Below are positions 1 through 11,487 of a stretch of 64,000 nt of DNA, piece by piece (position 1 is the first letter of the stretch; each line of letters opens with the position of its first letter). The stretch is from Carcharhinus longimanus (Eukaryota), in contig JASCQW010000001.1 in NCBI GenBank assembly GCA_030264375.1, forward strand, positions 92,369,280-92,433,279. Reading direction: 5' to 3'. The position numbers and the translations under genes are program-made. The notes below the pieces were generated by a model, which searched no databases, was not told where the DNA came from, and saw only the letters and a list, made by a program, of their open reading frames with translations.

Positions 1-834
1 GGATTGTAGATGGTGAAGTCAATTAAACCATAATTGCCCTTCACGTTGCCGATCAGAACCCGTAATAAAAATGTTTGGCTTCATGAACATGCAAGTATTA
101 AAAAAGTGAGAAAGAACCCATTTGCTATCAATACTTCAATCCATTAAATAGTGCAACCACACAGAATTATTAATGATTCTAGCTCCTGAGAGAGGCAACA
201 CGCAAGAATCTATGGCTATGATCAGGAAAAAAAACTATGAGAGTTCTCCCTCAGACAATCAAGATTGCTTCAGGAACCCTATGATATATATCCTCACTCT
301 GAAATGACATTATGCCCCAATAAACATAAGACTATACTGGCGCAGAAAAAAATGACAAGGTAGAATTTCAGCAATAATCCTCCCAATCTTCCACTTCTGT
401 GTTAGTGGAATGTCAGTGGAAACCCAAGAGAACCAACATAAGCCATTTCTTATGTTTTTTTCAGGTTTTCTTCAACCGAAGAGAGTGGAACCTGCACAGA
501 ATTTCTAACTTAATTGTTATCCATCAATCCCAAAGTTCACAGACTTTACAGTTTGCTTTATCTCTCATGTTCTTCAACAGCACTGTCATTCAAAAATACC
601 TTCACAACTTCTTGAAACGCATAATACCCAGAAATGTTTTTGGATTTGTTCAGCAGAAATTCTGCTTCATTACAGAAAGGATTCATACTCTCTTCCACTA
701 CAGCATGAACAATTCTGAGGAGACTTCAGACTAAAAATCAATTCCTTGTCCTATTTTCTTCAGGAGGATTGCTCCGCATATTCATTTTCTTTCACATTGT
801 TTGGTTCTTTTTATCCTCTTTTTTCAGGGACTTG

Positions 835-990
835 AAGTCAAAGAATGCATTGGTTGTAATCTTTCAAAATACCTCAGATTCTGGAAAGGTCCCAGTAGGT
901 TGCAAAACTATAAACCTAATTCCTTTATTCGAGAAAGGAGGGAAACAGAAAGCTCAAAACCATAGGTTAGTTAGCCCAATGTTTGTCACT
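835..990 (+). mobile_element. CR1 LINE RT fragment
   Basis: ORF 769-1095 contains NALVVIFQNTSDSGKVPVGCKTINLIPLFEKGGKQKAQNHRLVS, a decayed CR1 IFQ.SL..G.VP.DWK.ANV.PLFKKG motif. Confidence 0.85.
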
Positions 991-1399
991 GGAGCAATAT
1001 TACATGGGCTTCACAAACATCTTCAGTGGAAATCACAGTGGCAGGTTTCAGGATGGCTCGGCTCCAGCACTTGGACGTTGCACTGCAGGTTCTGATGAAG
1101 GGTGTTCAGCAGGGACAGAATGCCTAATACTCACAGGGAGAAGGTGTGGGGGCAGAAGTGCATTTTGCCTCCTGTCATTCTATTTGGTACTGCCATTCCT
1201 TGCTTCCAGTCCTCCATGGACACCAACTAAAGGAGCAGGGATGCGCCCCACAAAACCTCCCAGTGAATCACCCAAACAATCCTTATTATTGATTCATTTT
1301 ACAAGTAATTCATTACTGGTCTCTAGCACATGGAAAATTATTCAGAAATAATTTATAGTAGAAGAGATGTTTTCAGTGAAGTTCTATTAATAAAGACAG

Positions 1400-1595
1400 A
1401 GATCCCTTAACAGCCTTCTGGAATATCCTGCCACCTTCAAAGATTTGTGTATATGCAAACTTAAGTCTCTCAGTTTTTGCATGTCTTTTAAATTAAGCCA
1501 CTTATTTTATATTACCTCTCTTCATTCTTCTGACCAAAGTGAATCACTTCACACTTCCCTGTGTTAAATTTCAACCATCTGCTCATTTCACCAAT
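1400..1595 (-). mobile_element. CR1 LINE fragment (decayed)
   Basis: Resembles the reverse complement of the CR1 segment at about 30650-30820 (KC.V.HFG region). Confidence 0.65.
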
Positions 1596-1723
1596 ACATA
1601 GGGGGAAAAGATGGGCTGGATAGCACTCATTTTTGAAGCACCATGTTGCCTAGAATGGCATCAGTTTTGTGTGTACACACTTCTGAAAGCAATATACATT
1701 AGGCACTATCTGGCAAAATGCAC

Positions 1724-2143
1724 ATGATGTGGAGATGTCGGCGTTGGACTGGACTAAACACAGTAAGAAGTCTCACAACACCAGGTTAAAGTCCAACAAG
1801 TTTATTTGGTAGCAAAAGCCACTAGCTTTCGGAACGCTGTTCCTTCGTCAGATAAGTGGGAGTTTTGTTCTCAAACAGGGAATATAAAGACACAAACTCA
1901 ATTTACAAAATAATGGTTGGAATGCAAGTCTTTGCAGGTAATCAAGTCTTGAAGGTGCAGACAATTTGAGTGGAGAACGGGTTAAGCACAGTTAAAGAGA
2001 TGCATATAGTCTCCAGCCAGGACACTTAGTGAGATTGTGCAAGCCCAGGCAAGTTATGGGGGTTACAGATAGTGTGACATGAACCCAAGATTCTGGTTGA
2101 GGCCGTCCTTATGTTGGACTTTAACCTGGTGTTGTGAGAATTC
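1724..2143 (-). mobile_element. Penelope-like element family A: pLTR fragment with short inverted end
   Basis: Colinear with 33718-34034; ends in tgttggactttaacctggtgttgtgaga, the inverse of about 1770-1798. Confidence 0.85.
1820..1854 (-). ncRNA. Minimal hammerhead ribozyme in Penelope pLTR
   Basis: Minus strand reads tat CUGACGA a ggaac-agc-guucc GAAA gcua gug. Confidence 0.7.
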
Positions 2144-2479
2144 TTGAAGTGCTCAGTGTTCACCAGAAGTATACGGAGCAGTCAATTTATGACATCAGTC
2201 ATGTTCCAACGGTAATTTTACACCAGCATTTCCATTTTGCAACCTGCACAGATAAACACAGATAAGAACCGTGAAGGACCTCCCCCACCAACATTATTTA
2301 AAAGGATCATCAAATGCTTCCAGGTTAGTTACTGTTTTACTGTTTCTGGCTGTTGCTACAATTGGTGCTACTAGTTGTTTAATGTAGCAAAAGTTATTGG
2401 GATTGGTGTGACAGGTACTGATGGAACTTTGGCTGACTTCAGGGCTTCTGCACAAATCAATTACCCCCAGACTTAGGCA

Positions 2480-2938
2480 CACCCAACACTTAAGAAGCTG
2501 TACACTATTCAGGAAAAAGCAGCCTGTTTGATTAGCACCACCTTAAATATTCTCCTTCTGCCACTGCACAATGACAGCAGTATGTGTTATCCACAAGATG
2601 CACTGCATCTTTTCACCAAGGCTCCTTCACACCACCTTTCAAAACTATAATCTCTACCACATAGGAGGACCAGAGTAGCAGATGTGTGGGAACACCATGA
2701 CCTTCAAGTTGTCCTTCCAAGTACACACCGCCCTGACTTGTCACCGTCCCTTCACTGTCACTGGGTCAGAATCCTGGAAATCCTTTCCTCACAGCACTAT
2801 GTGTGTACCTACACCACATGGACTGCAGCAGTTCAAGAAAGTGGTTCACAAACAGATTCCCAAATGCAATTAGGGATGGGCAACTAATTCTAGATTAGCC
2901 AAAGATGCCTACACCCCATAAATAAATGAAAAAAAAAC
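2480..2938 (+). mobile_element. 3' end of CR1-like LINE ('family T') with A-rich tail
   Basis: Decayed KKL.TIQ.KAA.LI; ends caattagggatgggcaac...ccccataaataaatgaaaaaa, a tail shared with 34740-35075 and the family-T SINEs. Confidence 0.8.
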
Positions 2939-3039
2939 ACCAGTAGGACGTTATCTTGGAATTGTGCACCACAGAGAGAAAGATTTGAGGCCATGAAGAG
3001 AAGGGCCAACTGCTAGAAGGGAAATAAATGAAATCTGTC

Positions 3040-3565
3040 ATCTTTCCTATTCTATGATAAACCTTAGCAACAACCTATGTTTAAGATATCTGTGCATTAT
3101 TAAGGTGCAGTCACTGAAATATATCAACTTCTGCATCCATCACTCCAACCTCAGAGCAGGGAAAGGAGCATATTGATCGCTAGTAGCAGTAATGGTGAAT
3201 GCACCAGTAGTATTTCAATTGGTTCTGGAAATAGTAGCAATATCTTGAAGTTTTCAGTCAACTGAGACATGAAGGAAGTCACTGAGCTTCTCTATTCAAA
3301 AGGAAATAACTCCATTTAACTCCCTCATCCCCAGAGACAAACAAGTAGAATGAGCATGAGGGTCTACAAGGATTGCAGGCTTTTACATAGCGCAGAGTGC
3401 CATTGACTGCACAAACATCAGCAGGTAAACTTTGGCAGGTAGCAGAACTGCAAAGGATTCCAATTGTTCAATGTCCTGCTGGTTTAAGTAGGCAGCACAT
3501 CATCCAGGTCAATGCCCAATATCCCAGCAGCTGTCACAATGCCTTTATTCTGTGGCAGCTTTATT
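3040..3565 (+). pseudogene. PIF/Harbinger (HARBI1-like) DDE transposase remnant
   Basis: Broken frames give AVTEIYQLL, QSAIDCTNI, CKGFQLFNVLLV and IIQVNAQYPSSCHNAFILWQ (cf. GAIDCTH, NRKG.HS.NVQ, A.YPGS.HD.FIL). Confidence 0.8.
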
Positions 3566-3659
3566 CTGAGGAAGCTTGCTGTGCCTGCTGCATTTCAGCT
3601 AACATGCCAAATCAAAAGGACAATAAGGCTATCCACTGATGTAATCGCTCATGTGTCAA

Positions 3660-4475
3660 TTGATTTGATTTGATTTATTAGTGTCACATGTATTAACATA
3701 CAGTGAAAAGTACTGTTTCTTGCATGCTATACAGACAAAAACATACTGTTCATAGAGAAGGAAATGAGAGAGTACAAAATGTAGTGTTACAGTCATTGCT
3801 AGGGTGTAGAGAAAGATCAACTTAATGCAACATAAGTGCATTCAAAAGTCTGACAGCAGCGGGGAAGTTGTTCTTGAGTCAGTTGGTAAGTAATCTCAGC
3901 CTTTTGTATCTTCTTCCCAAAGCTATACGCTATTCAGGAAAAAACAGCCTGTTTGATTAGAAAGTGGAAGAGAGAATGTCCAGGGTGTGTGGGCTTCTTA
4001 ATTATGCTGGCTGCTTTGCTGAGGCAGCGAGAATAGCAGACAGATTCAATGGATGGGAGGTTGGTTTGTGTGATGGATTGGGCTACATTCACGACTTTGT
4101 GTTTCTTGGGTACAGCAGAAGTCTTACCAAGCTGTGATACAACCGGAAAGAATGCTTCCTATGGTGCAACTGTAAAAGTTGGTGAGTCGTAGCTGACGTG
4201 CCAAATTTCCTTAGTCTTCTGAGAAAGTAGAGGCGGTTGTTGACTTTCTTAACTATAGTATCGGCATGGGGAGACCAGAACAGGTTGTTGGTGATCTGGA
4301 CACTAAAAACTTGAAGCTCTTGACCCTTTCCTCTTCATCTCCATTGATGTACACAGGGACATGTTCTCCTTTATGCTTCCTGAAGTCAATGACAATCTCT
4401 TTCGTTTTATTGACATTGAGGGAGAGCTTACTGTTGCTGCACCAGTTCAGCAGGTTCTCTATCTCATTCCTATAT
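3660..4475 (-). mobile_element. Rex1/Babar LINE 3' part
   Basis: Minus strand encodes SLNVNKTKEIVIDFRK; (AAATC)n tail at about 3660-3675; matches 37310-38205. Confidence 0.85.
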
Positions 4476-4572
4476 TCTATGTATCAAAGAGATTTGTAAT
4501 GTTTCATCTGGCGTCAAACCATCGACTGCTGCAAAGATCCTGACAAATTACAAAGATGTTTCCACAAGTCTT

Positions 4573-4876
4573 AAAGTTTATTTATCAATGTGACAAGTAG
4601 GCTTTCATTAACACTGCAATGAATTTACAGTGAAAATCCCCAAGTTGCCACACTCTGGCGCCTGTTTGAGTACACTGATGGAGAATTTAGCATGGCCAAT
4701 GCACCTAACCAGCACGTCTTTTGAACTGTGGGAGGAAACCGGAGCACCCGGAAGAAAGCCATACAGTCACAGGGAGAACATGCAGACTCCACACAGACAG
4801 TGACCCAAGCCAGGAATCAAACCCCAGTCCCGAGCGCTGTGAGGCAGCAGTGCTAAGCACTGTGCCACCATGCCGC
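4573..4876 (-). mobile_element. HE1-like V-SINE with Rex1-type tail
   Basis: tRNA-like head and V-domain on the minus strand; tail ...attgcagtgttaatgaaagcctacttgtcacattgataaataaacttt. Confidence 0.85.
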
Positions 4877-5034
4877 TTGGATGTCTTCCTAGGGAATATC
4901 ATCTTCAGGTCGATGAGAGTGTGAGACCAACTCAGTACCTTCCGAGAAGGGTTGTAGCTGCTCACAAGTCCAGCCTGAAAGACTAGATAGAGGAGCTTGA
5001 AAAGATTTGAGTAATCAAGGAAGTGACATTTTCT

Positions 5035-5230
5035 TTCTTTTTTATTGACTTGTGGGGCATGGGTGTCGCTGACTGGGCCAGCATTTATTGCCTATCCCTA
5101 GTTGCCCTTAAACTGAATGGCTTTATCCAGACCATTTCAGAGGGCAGTTAAGAGTCAACCACATTGCTGTGGCTCTGAAGTCACATGTGGGGCTAGACCA
5201 GGTGAGGAGACAGATTTCCATCCCTAAAGA
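5035..5230 (-). mobile_element. Family-T SINE, 3' half
   Basis: Reverse complement of cacagcaatgtggttgactcttaactgccc...aagggcaactagggataggcaataaatgctggcc. Confidence 0.8.
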
Positions 5231-5913
5231 ATACTAACCCAGTCCTACAGACTGGATTAGCAGCAAGGTGGCAGTGAAAGCCAAGAGTGTGCTCAGATCC
5301 AAAGGGCCTCAATAAAACCTTGAAGAGGTCTGACTAACCCTTGCCAACCTCTGAAGAAATGTTGCTGCAACTTGCCAAGGTAAAGCATTTTACCAACTGA
5401 GATTTGAGTACTGGCAAGAGAAGCTGGATGAAAGCAACAGTTTTCTGACCATGTTTTGGATGCCGTTTGGGAGGCACTGATAGCTATGCATGCTGCTTGA
5501 TATTTTCACTACTCCAGAAGCGTATGAACACAGGCAGCATGAGGTAATCAATGATCTTTCAGAGGTAGAACTGGTCTTGAATGTTCTGCTTGTCTATGGA
5601 GCTGGGAATACAGTGGAAGAAGCCTTCAAAAATCATGATCAGAATTGACAGAAACTGCTCGAGAGATCTCTCCAAGTGAATCTGTAGTTGGACAAGAAAA
5701 AAAGGTGTAACTGAAAATAGCTGAATTCATGTACATGGGTCATGTACAAATAGTGAAAGAACTTCTCTCTGACATTGATAAGCTGAGAGCTGTGACAGAG
5801 ATCCAACAACTAACAGACGTGAAGGCAGTGCAACAACTTGTTGGAATTGGGAACTACCTGGAAAAGTTCTTGCAATTTGTCATCAGAATGTAAAACTCTA
5901 CACAATCTGTTAG

Positions 5914-6197
5914 GGGTGGCATGGTGGCACAGTGGTTAGCACTGCTGGCTCACAGCACCTGGGACCCAGATTCAATTCCAGGCTTGGGTCACAGTCTGTG
6001 TGGAGTTTGCATTCTCCCTGTGTCTGCATGGGTTTCCACCGGGTGCTCCTGTTTCCTCCCACAGTCCAAAGTTGTGTGGGTTAGGTGGATTGGCCATGCT
6101 AAATTGCCCCTTAGTGTCAGGAGGACTAGGAGGGTAAATGTATGNNNNNNNNNNTTGGTGCAGACTTGATGTGCATAATGGCTGTATCATTTTATGA
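5914..6197 (+). mobile_element. HE1-like V-SINE (CR1 tail)
   Basis: ggcatggtggcacagtggttagcact A-box, gattcaattcc B-box, V-domain. Confidence 0.85.
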
Positions 6198-6354
6198 TGG
6201 AAGCTCACTGCAAAGGATGTTTAGTGGCACTGGGGCATGCAACAAGAAGCAGCTTTCAGTCACAACAATCAGCTAGCCCGAAAGCTACTTGTATCTGCGT
6301 CAAAGCACATGCAAAGGACATTAGTTCATTTGCAGAGGTATAATTTGGAAGTGA

Positions 6355-6712
6355 AGTACAAGGGTAGATGCAGGGAGGATGTTCCCAATGGTGGGGGGGA
6401 GGGATCCAGAACTAGGGGTCACACTCTGAAAATTTGGGTAGAACTTTTAGGATGGAGGTGAGGAGACATTTCTTCACCCAAAGAATGGTGAGCCTGTGGA
6501 ATTCATCACCACAAGAAGTAGTTAATGCCAAAACATTGAGTGTATTCAAGAGGTGGCTAGACATTGCACTTAGGGCGAACGGGATCAAAGGTCACGGGGA
6601 GAAAGCAGGATTAAGCTATGGAGTTGAACGATCATCCATGATCGTGATGAATGCCGAAGCAGGCTCAAAGGGCCAAATGGCCTCCTCCTGCTCCTATCAT
6701 TTATGTTTCTAA
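6355..6712 (+). mobile_element. CR1 LINE 3' end
   Basis: TRGH.LK, FRMEVRRHFFTQRMVSLWNS; 3' UTR gggccaaatggcctcctcctgctcct. Confidence 0.9.
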
Positions 6713-7019
6713 TTCCAATGTATTATTAAGAGTTGTACTCCCTATTACAGAATTTGATGATGCTAGTGCAGAGACATCTTCCTGACTTAATAAGAATCAA
6801 AAGCACAACTTGTTCTAGAAGTCTTCAAACCAGCAGAGGCACAGAATCTGATAGACAATTGTCTTCCTCAGATCAAGGCTGGCTGGCTTGTTTTACAATT
6901 ATGTATATTTTTAACTGCCAAAGATGGGTGAATCCCAGCTGACAGGCACTGCTAATGCCAACAGCAAACACTCCTGTTTTCCCACTGGTTGAAGCACTTA
7001 GATTGCAGTCCATAGAATT

Positions 7020-7175
7020 TTACAGAGTTTAGACTTTAAAGCACAGAAAGAGGCTCTTTGGCCCATCGTGCCTGTGCTGGCCATCAAGCTTCTGTCTATT
7101 TTAATACAATTTGCCAGTACTTGGTTCTTCACCTTTTATGCTATGGAGTTTCAAGTGCCTATCTAAATGCATCTT
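7020..7175 (-). mobile_element. CR1 3' end, interrupted by the SINE at 7183
   Basis: cacagaaagaggctctttggcccatc is an antisense CR1 tail. Confidence 0.65.
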
Positions 7176-7182
7176 AAATGTT

Positions 7183-7454
7183 ATAGAATCCCTACAGTGC
7201 AGAAGGAGGCCATTTGGCCCATCAAGACTGCATAAACCACAGTCCCACCCAGGCCCTATCCACATAACCCCATGCATTTACCCTAGCTGGTCCTCCTGAC
7301 ACTATAGGGCAATTTAGCATGGACAATCCACTTAACCCTCACAGGAGGAAACCCATGCAGACACAAGGAAAATGTGCAAATTCCACACAGATTTGAACCC
7401 AGGTCCCTGGCGCTGTGAGACAGTGGTGATAACCACTGTGCTATCATGTTGCCC
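7183..7454 (-). mobile_element. HE1-like V-SINE with 7-bp TSD
   Basis: aaatgtt at 7176-7182 and 7455-7461 flanks the SINE. Confidence 0.85.
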
Positions 7455-8429
7455 AAATGTTGTGAAGGTTAAGGAGGTGAAAAGAGAAAGAGATGGTTGT
7501 GCATGCCATTCTGCCCATCTAATTGAATCTGGCATTCAATACTTGTCATGGTCGTATGATGTTGTTGGATAATTAATTTATTATGTCTTTTTTTTATATT
7601 CCAGTTAAACTCAATATTTCATGCTATTGGTTGCTGTTGATCCTGCTTATTTCTAATCTCAATACACACTAATGCTCCTGTCTAACCAAAGTTTCCTGAG
7701 ATCAACTGTAGACACCCTTACTGCCAATCTGGCTGAGGTCAGCTCATTCGGCGCTCACTGGGACTATTTTAGGTGTTAGGGAATTGAAAAATTGCAGAAA
7801 TTTAAATTGGAACAGTTTAATCATGAATCTGAATCTGTTTATTTCCAAATTTTCCTTGCATACTACTTTCCATCATCTCCCCTTGTCTAATATCAGATTG
7901 TGCAGCAAAATCGTTCAAGGTTATTCTTGCTTCTAAGACATCCCAAGGGAAACAGAGAGGCAATTAATGGAACCCTATTAAGGGTTTCTAGGGACTTTGA
8001 CAATTAAAAGTCTGCAGACGAATGCATCACATACCAAGAATGTGCATTCACCAGATAGTGAGATAGCACATTGGCTTCACTCTAAGATCAACCATTCTGA
8101 TATTGTAGTGTTAGGTTTGAGGTCACCGAACATTAAATGGGAGTTCTCTTAGAAAAGCATAAAGTAAAACCCCTTCATGTCTTAGCTACACAGAACATGT
8201 GTGATGTTAATTTGATTTTTAAAAATGGCTTCTTCAAACTGGATTCCTACATGTTTGAGAGTAAAGTACAAAGGAAGTTTACACAATTCCAACATTTCTA
8301 AACACTCTCAATATGGGGTTTGAGCCTCAACTGTTACTTATTCATTTTGTCAGCAATGATGCAAAATAGTGTACATTCTTAAAAGTAATTGACATGGGTT
8401 TAACAAAGGCACATCGCTATAATGATATA

Positions 8430-8610
8430 TCAATAAACCACACACTTATGAACTGCTTATAGTTATATCTGCTTAGTTTTACTGAAGGTAGTATCATGAG
8501 TGGAGGAACAGATAATGGAAATAGCCGTATTAATGTTATTGGAATTCCATCAAAGAACTATTAAAATCAGTATGTGAAACATCCCAAATTTATTGGACAT
8601 TCATGTTTGA
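8430..8610 (+). repeat. Unclassified ~200-bp AT-rich unit, copy 1
   Basis: Aligns with 11488-11680 (shared ttttactgaag, agtggaggaacaga, tatgtgaaacat). Confidence 0.75.
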
Positions 8611-8965
8611 ATCATAGAATAGAATCATAGAATAGAATCATACAGCACAGAACGAGGCCATACAGTGCAGAACGAGGCCATTCAGCCCTTCAAGCCTGCG
8701 CCAACAACAATCCCACCCAGGACCTATCCCCGTAACCCAACATATTCACCCTGTATTCTCGCTGACACTAAAGGACAATTTAGGGTGGCTAATCAACCTA
8801 ACCCGTACATCTTCAGACTGTGGGAGGTAACCGGAGCAGCTGGAGCAAAACCCATGCAGACATGGGGAGAACGTGCAAACTCCACACAGTCACCCGGGGC
8901 CAGAGTTAATCCTGTGTCCCAGGCACTATGAGGCAGCAGGACTAACAACTGTGCTAACGTGCAGC
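8611..8965 (-). mobile_element. HE1-like V-SINE with 10-bp TSD
   Basis: tcatgtttga at 8601-8610 and 8966-8975; repeated atcatagaatag tail. Confidence 0.9.
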
Positions 8966-9509
8966 TCATGTTTGACATGATCCATTATAATAATCTATGT
9001 ATGCAGATCTACTCCCTTACGTTGACCTAGTAATTTGGTCAATAAATATGATTTGCTTTGAATGTCTGGAGAGAGATTTGGGATTTTACTTTCTTTGTCA
9101 ACATAAACAGGATGCAAACCAATGCAATGTAAAATCACTTCATAGCTTGATATAATAAAGAAGATATAAAAATCAATATTGTTGCAGCAATTCCATTCCA
9201 TGCCCAAAGGCATAATATTAGCTCATTGCCTTCACCCAGAGCCATTTTTCTTGGCAGTTTTTGTCAGTGCTGGTTTGCCATTGCTTTTCAGTCTAAGAGG
9301 CAAGACAATGAGGCAGATCCCAAATCCACCTCAGGAGTCAAAACGGCACTGTTGGTATAACTTAAAACACACATTCAACATTTAGCCAACTGGGCTAAAC
9401 AGCTCCCTTGGAAGAGAATACCAAAATCATAATTCACTTGTTGAGATTACTGTGTATTTGTAAATGATGAACTGAAGGAAATTCAAACAGATTTTACTAC
9501 AATTAAGTG

Positions 9510-9745
9510 CAGGTCTTGCTGCACAGTGAGTAGTGTTTACTGCCTCTGAGCTAGAGAGTGTGATCATAACACAGCTAAACAAGTTGAGTGTCAACGTATA
9601 AATTCTTCCAACACACGAATGGCTGGTGGTAAAAGTAGGAGAGCCTCCGGCTCAGCTACGCTTGATGTGGAGTGGTATCCCTTAAACTATAAGCCTCTGT
9701 CAATGGACAGGTAGCCTGTTCCAGGAATGACTGGCTTTAGTGCAC
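9510..9745 (+). mobile_element. tRNA-derived SINE (third family), decayed
   Basis: Head gcacagtgagtagtg...tgcctctgagc; an antisense head of the same type lies at about 46355-46420. Confidence 0.55.
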
Positions 9746-9789
9746 AACTAGGTGCGGGAAGAGAACTAGAATTGGACTGCTTGGAGACA

Positions 9790-9967
9790 ATGGCCAGACT
9801 GTTCAAACCGATAGGGTCTTCTGCTTTGGATGATGGTGCACCCCAAGGTGCATTCAATGGGAAACCCCACTGACAACAAATGGGACCAGAAGGCCCCACT
9901 ACTGACCAATGGCGGGCCCCTCTTCCCACTGTGAAACGCACAGCTTGTTGTGTGGTAAATCAAGCCC
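9790..9967. mobile_element. Short non-autonomous DNA element (MITE-like)
   Basis: Shares core gtgcattcaa(t/c)gggaaacc...tgacaa with 23605-23782; ends ...aaatcaagccc. Confidence 0.5.
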
Positions 9968-10204
9968 TACATTCCTTTATGCTCCATTTGAATAGTTACA
10001 ATTTTATATAAAGTGTAAAGAAGTGAATTTAAATATTCTGATTACCAAAATTGTCTAGGGAAATTTCTTGAAATCAGACCTCAGTAAAGAGAGTTGGAGC
10101 TGTTAATATAATTTATTATTTAGAATCCCAGTGTTATCATCAGGCAACATCTCATTTAGAGCATTGCTAACTGCAGAGATCCCTTTGTTCTGGCCCAATA
10201 GTAT

Positions 10205-10269
10205 GTAAAAAGTCTGACAACTTTTTTTTACTGTGTTTACGCCAGTCCAACGCCGGCATACCCACATCA
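10205..10269 (+). mobile_element. ~65-bp Penelope family B mini-insertion with 12-bp TSD
   Basis: ccaatagtatgt at 10195-10206 and 10270-10281; insert ends match those of 28662-28946. Confidence 0.8.
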
Positions 10270-10559
10270 CCAATAGTATGTGCCAACCCCAGGATCAGAA
10301 TACTGTCTTACATTGTAATATTGTAAATTTCTCCATCTTAAAAAGTTAACCTACTCTTCAGAAAGCATAGAAAAGCTATTGTGTCAAACGGCAAGAATTA
10401 TATTGTGATGCAGTCCCTGCTTTGGCTGACGATTGGTTATTTATCTGTGTGGTGCGAGCCACTAGACTTCAAAGAAATGAACTGAATGTGAAAAATTGAA
10501 GATGAGTGAGAGACTTGTGACATATAAACAGTGGTTTTCATTTTCATGAATGCTAGGAA

Positions 10560-10937
10560 TGGCACGGTGGCACAGTGGTTAGCTCTGCTGCCTCAGAGCC
10601 CCAGGGAACCAGATTCAATTCCAGCTTTGGGTCACTGTCTGTGTGGAATTTACACATTCTGCCCATGGGTTTCCTCTGGCTGCTCCGGTTTCCTCCCACA
10701 CTCCAAAGATGTGCAGATTGGGTGGATTGGCCGTGCTGAATTTCCCCTTAGTGTCCCAAGATATGTAAGTTAGGGGATTAGAGGGGTAAATAAATGCGTG
10801 GGTTAGGAGATAGGCTGGGAGGTCGGGTGGGGGGGGCGCATGGGGTGTTGTGTGAGATCCTCTGTCAGAGAATCAGGGTTGGACTCGATGGGCCAAATCG
10901 CCTCCTTCTGCATTGTAGGGATCCTAGGATTTTATGA
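10560..10937 (+). mobile_element. HE1-like V-SINE (CR1 tail)
   Basis: tRNA-like head, V-domain, gactcgatgggccaaatcgcctccttct tail. Confidence 0.9.
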
Positions 10938-11487
10938 CCTGCACTCCCATAGATGATCTATTCAAATAAATTCATGAAGAGCTTTGTGTTCCGGGCCTAT
11001 TTTAGTCAGAAACTGGATTGAGGCTGTACAAATTCCAATCAAAATTTACCCTAACAACCTGGTCTGCAAATGAATTATGGTCCATTAGATTCAAACCTCA
11101 TCCATTCCACTCTATCCCTCTTAGCTAGTAACAATTTATAAAGAAAAACATGTTTTGCAACACCAAAAATTGTCACGAAACAAGCAAAGAAAGAAGCAAA
11201 TGTCTAAAAATGAACAAAACGTTATTGGGGCAACGTTAGAAAGTTTCATTCGTTAGTTTTGCCTGTTTATAAACTACCTTCTGAAGTTTTGCCAATAATC
11301 TGACCAAGGTGATATTGCCCCTTTTAAGAGTCCAGACTCTATCAACCTGAATTGCTAATTTATTTTAATACCATCTAAGACATTTAAAAGGAATTAGTAA
11401 AAGCTGAACAAAAATTTGTGGCACCAAAAGTGATAGTGGCACATTTCTAACTGTTTTGTAACCAGTTTCACATAAATTGATACCACA

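Larger units (their letters stand above)
4480..6330 (+). pseudogene. Ty3/Gypsy pol (RT) remnant interrupted by three SINE insertions
   Basis: Decayed YKDV..|LGCLP.EYHL.VDESVRP, PTDWISS.VAV, LNK.LKRS, FW.PFGR, NHDQN, TDVKAVQQLVG..NYL.KFL and QQEAAF. Confidence 0.85.

Noticed and set aside
1-830. ORF 399-734 and protein-like minus-strand stretches
   Set aside because: No recognisable motif; the minus-strand frames are interrupted by stops; possibly an unidentified decayed element.
1092-1120. CUGAUGA motif as a possible hammerhead
   Set aside because: No stem II or GAAA follows.
5914-5990. tRNA-like A/B boxes here and at other SINE heads as tRNA genes
   Set aside because: No cloverleaf; each continues into a SINE body.
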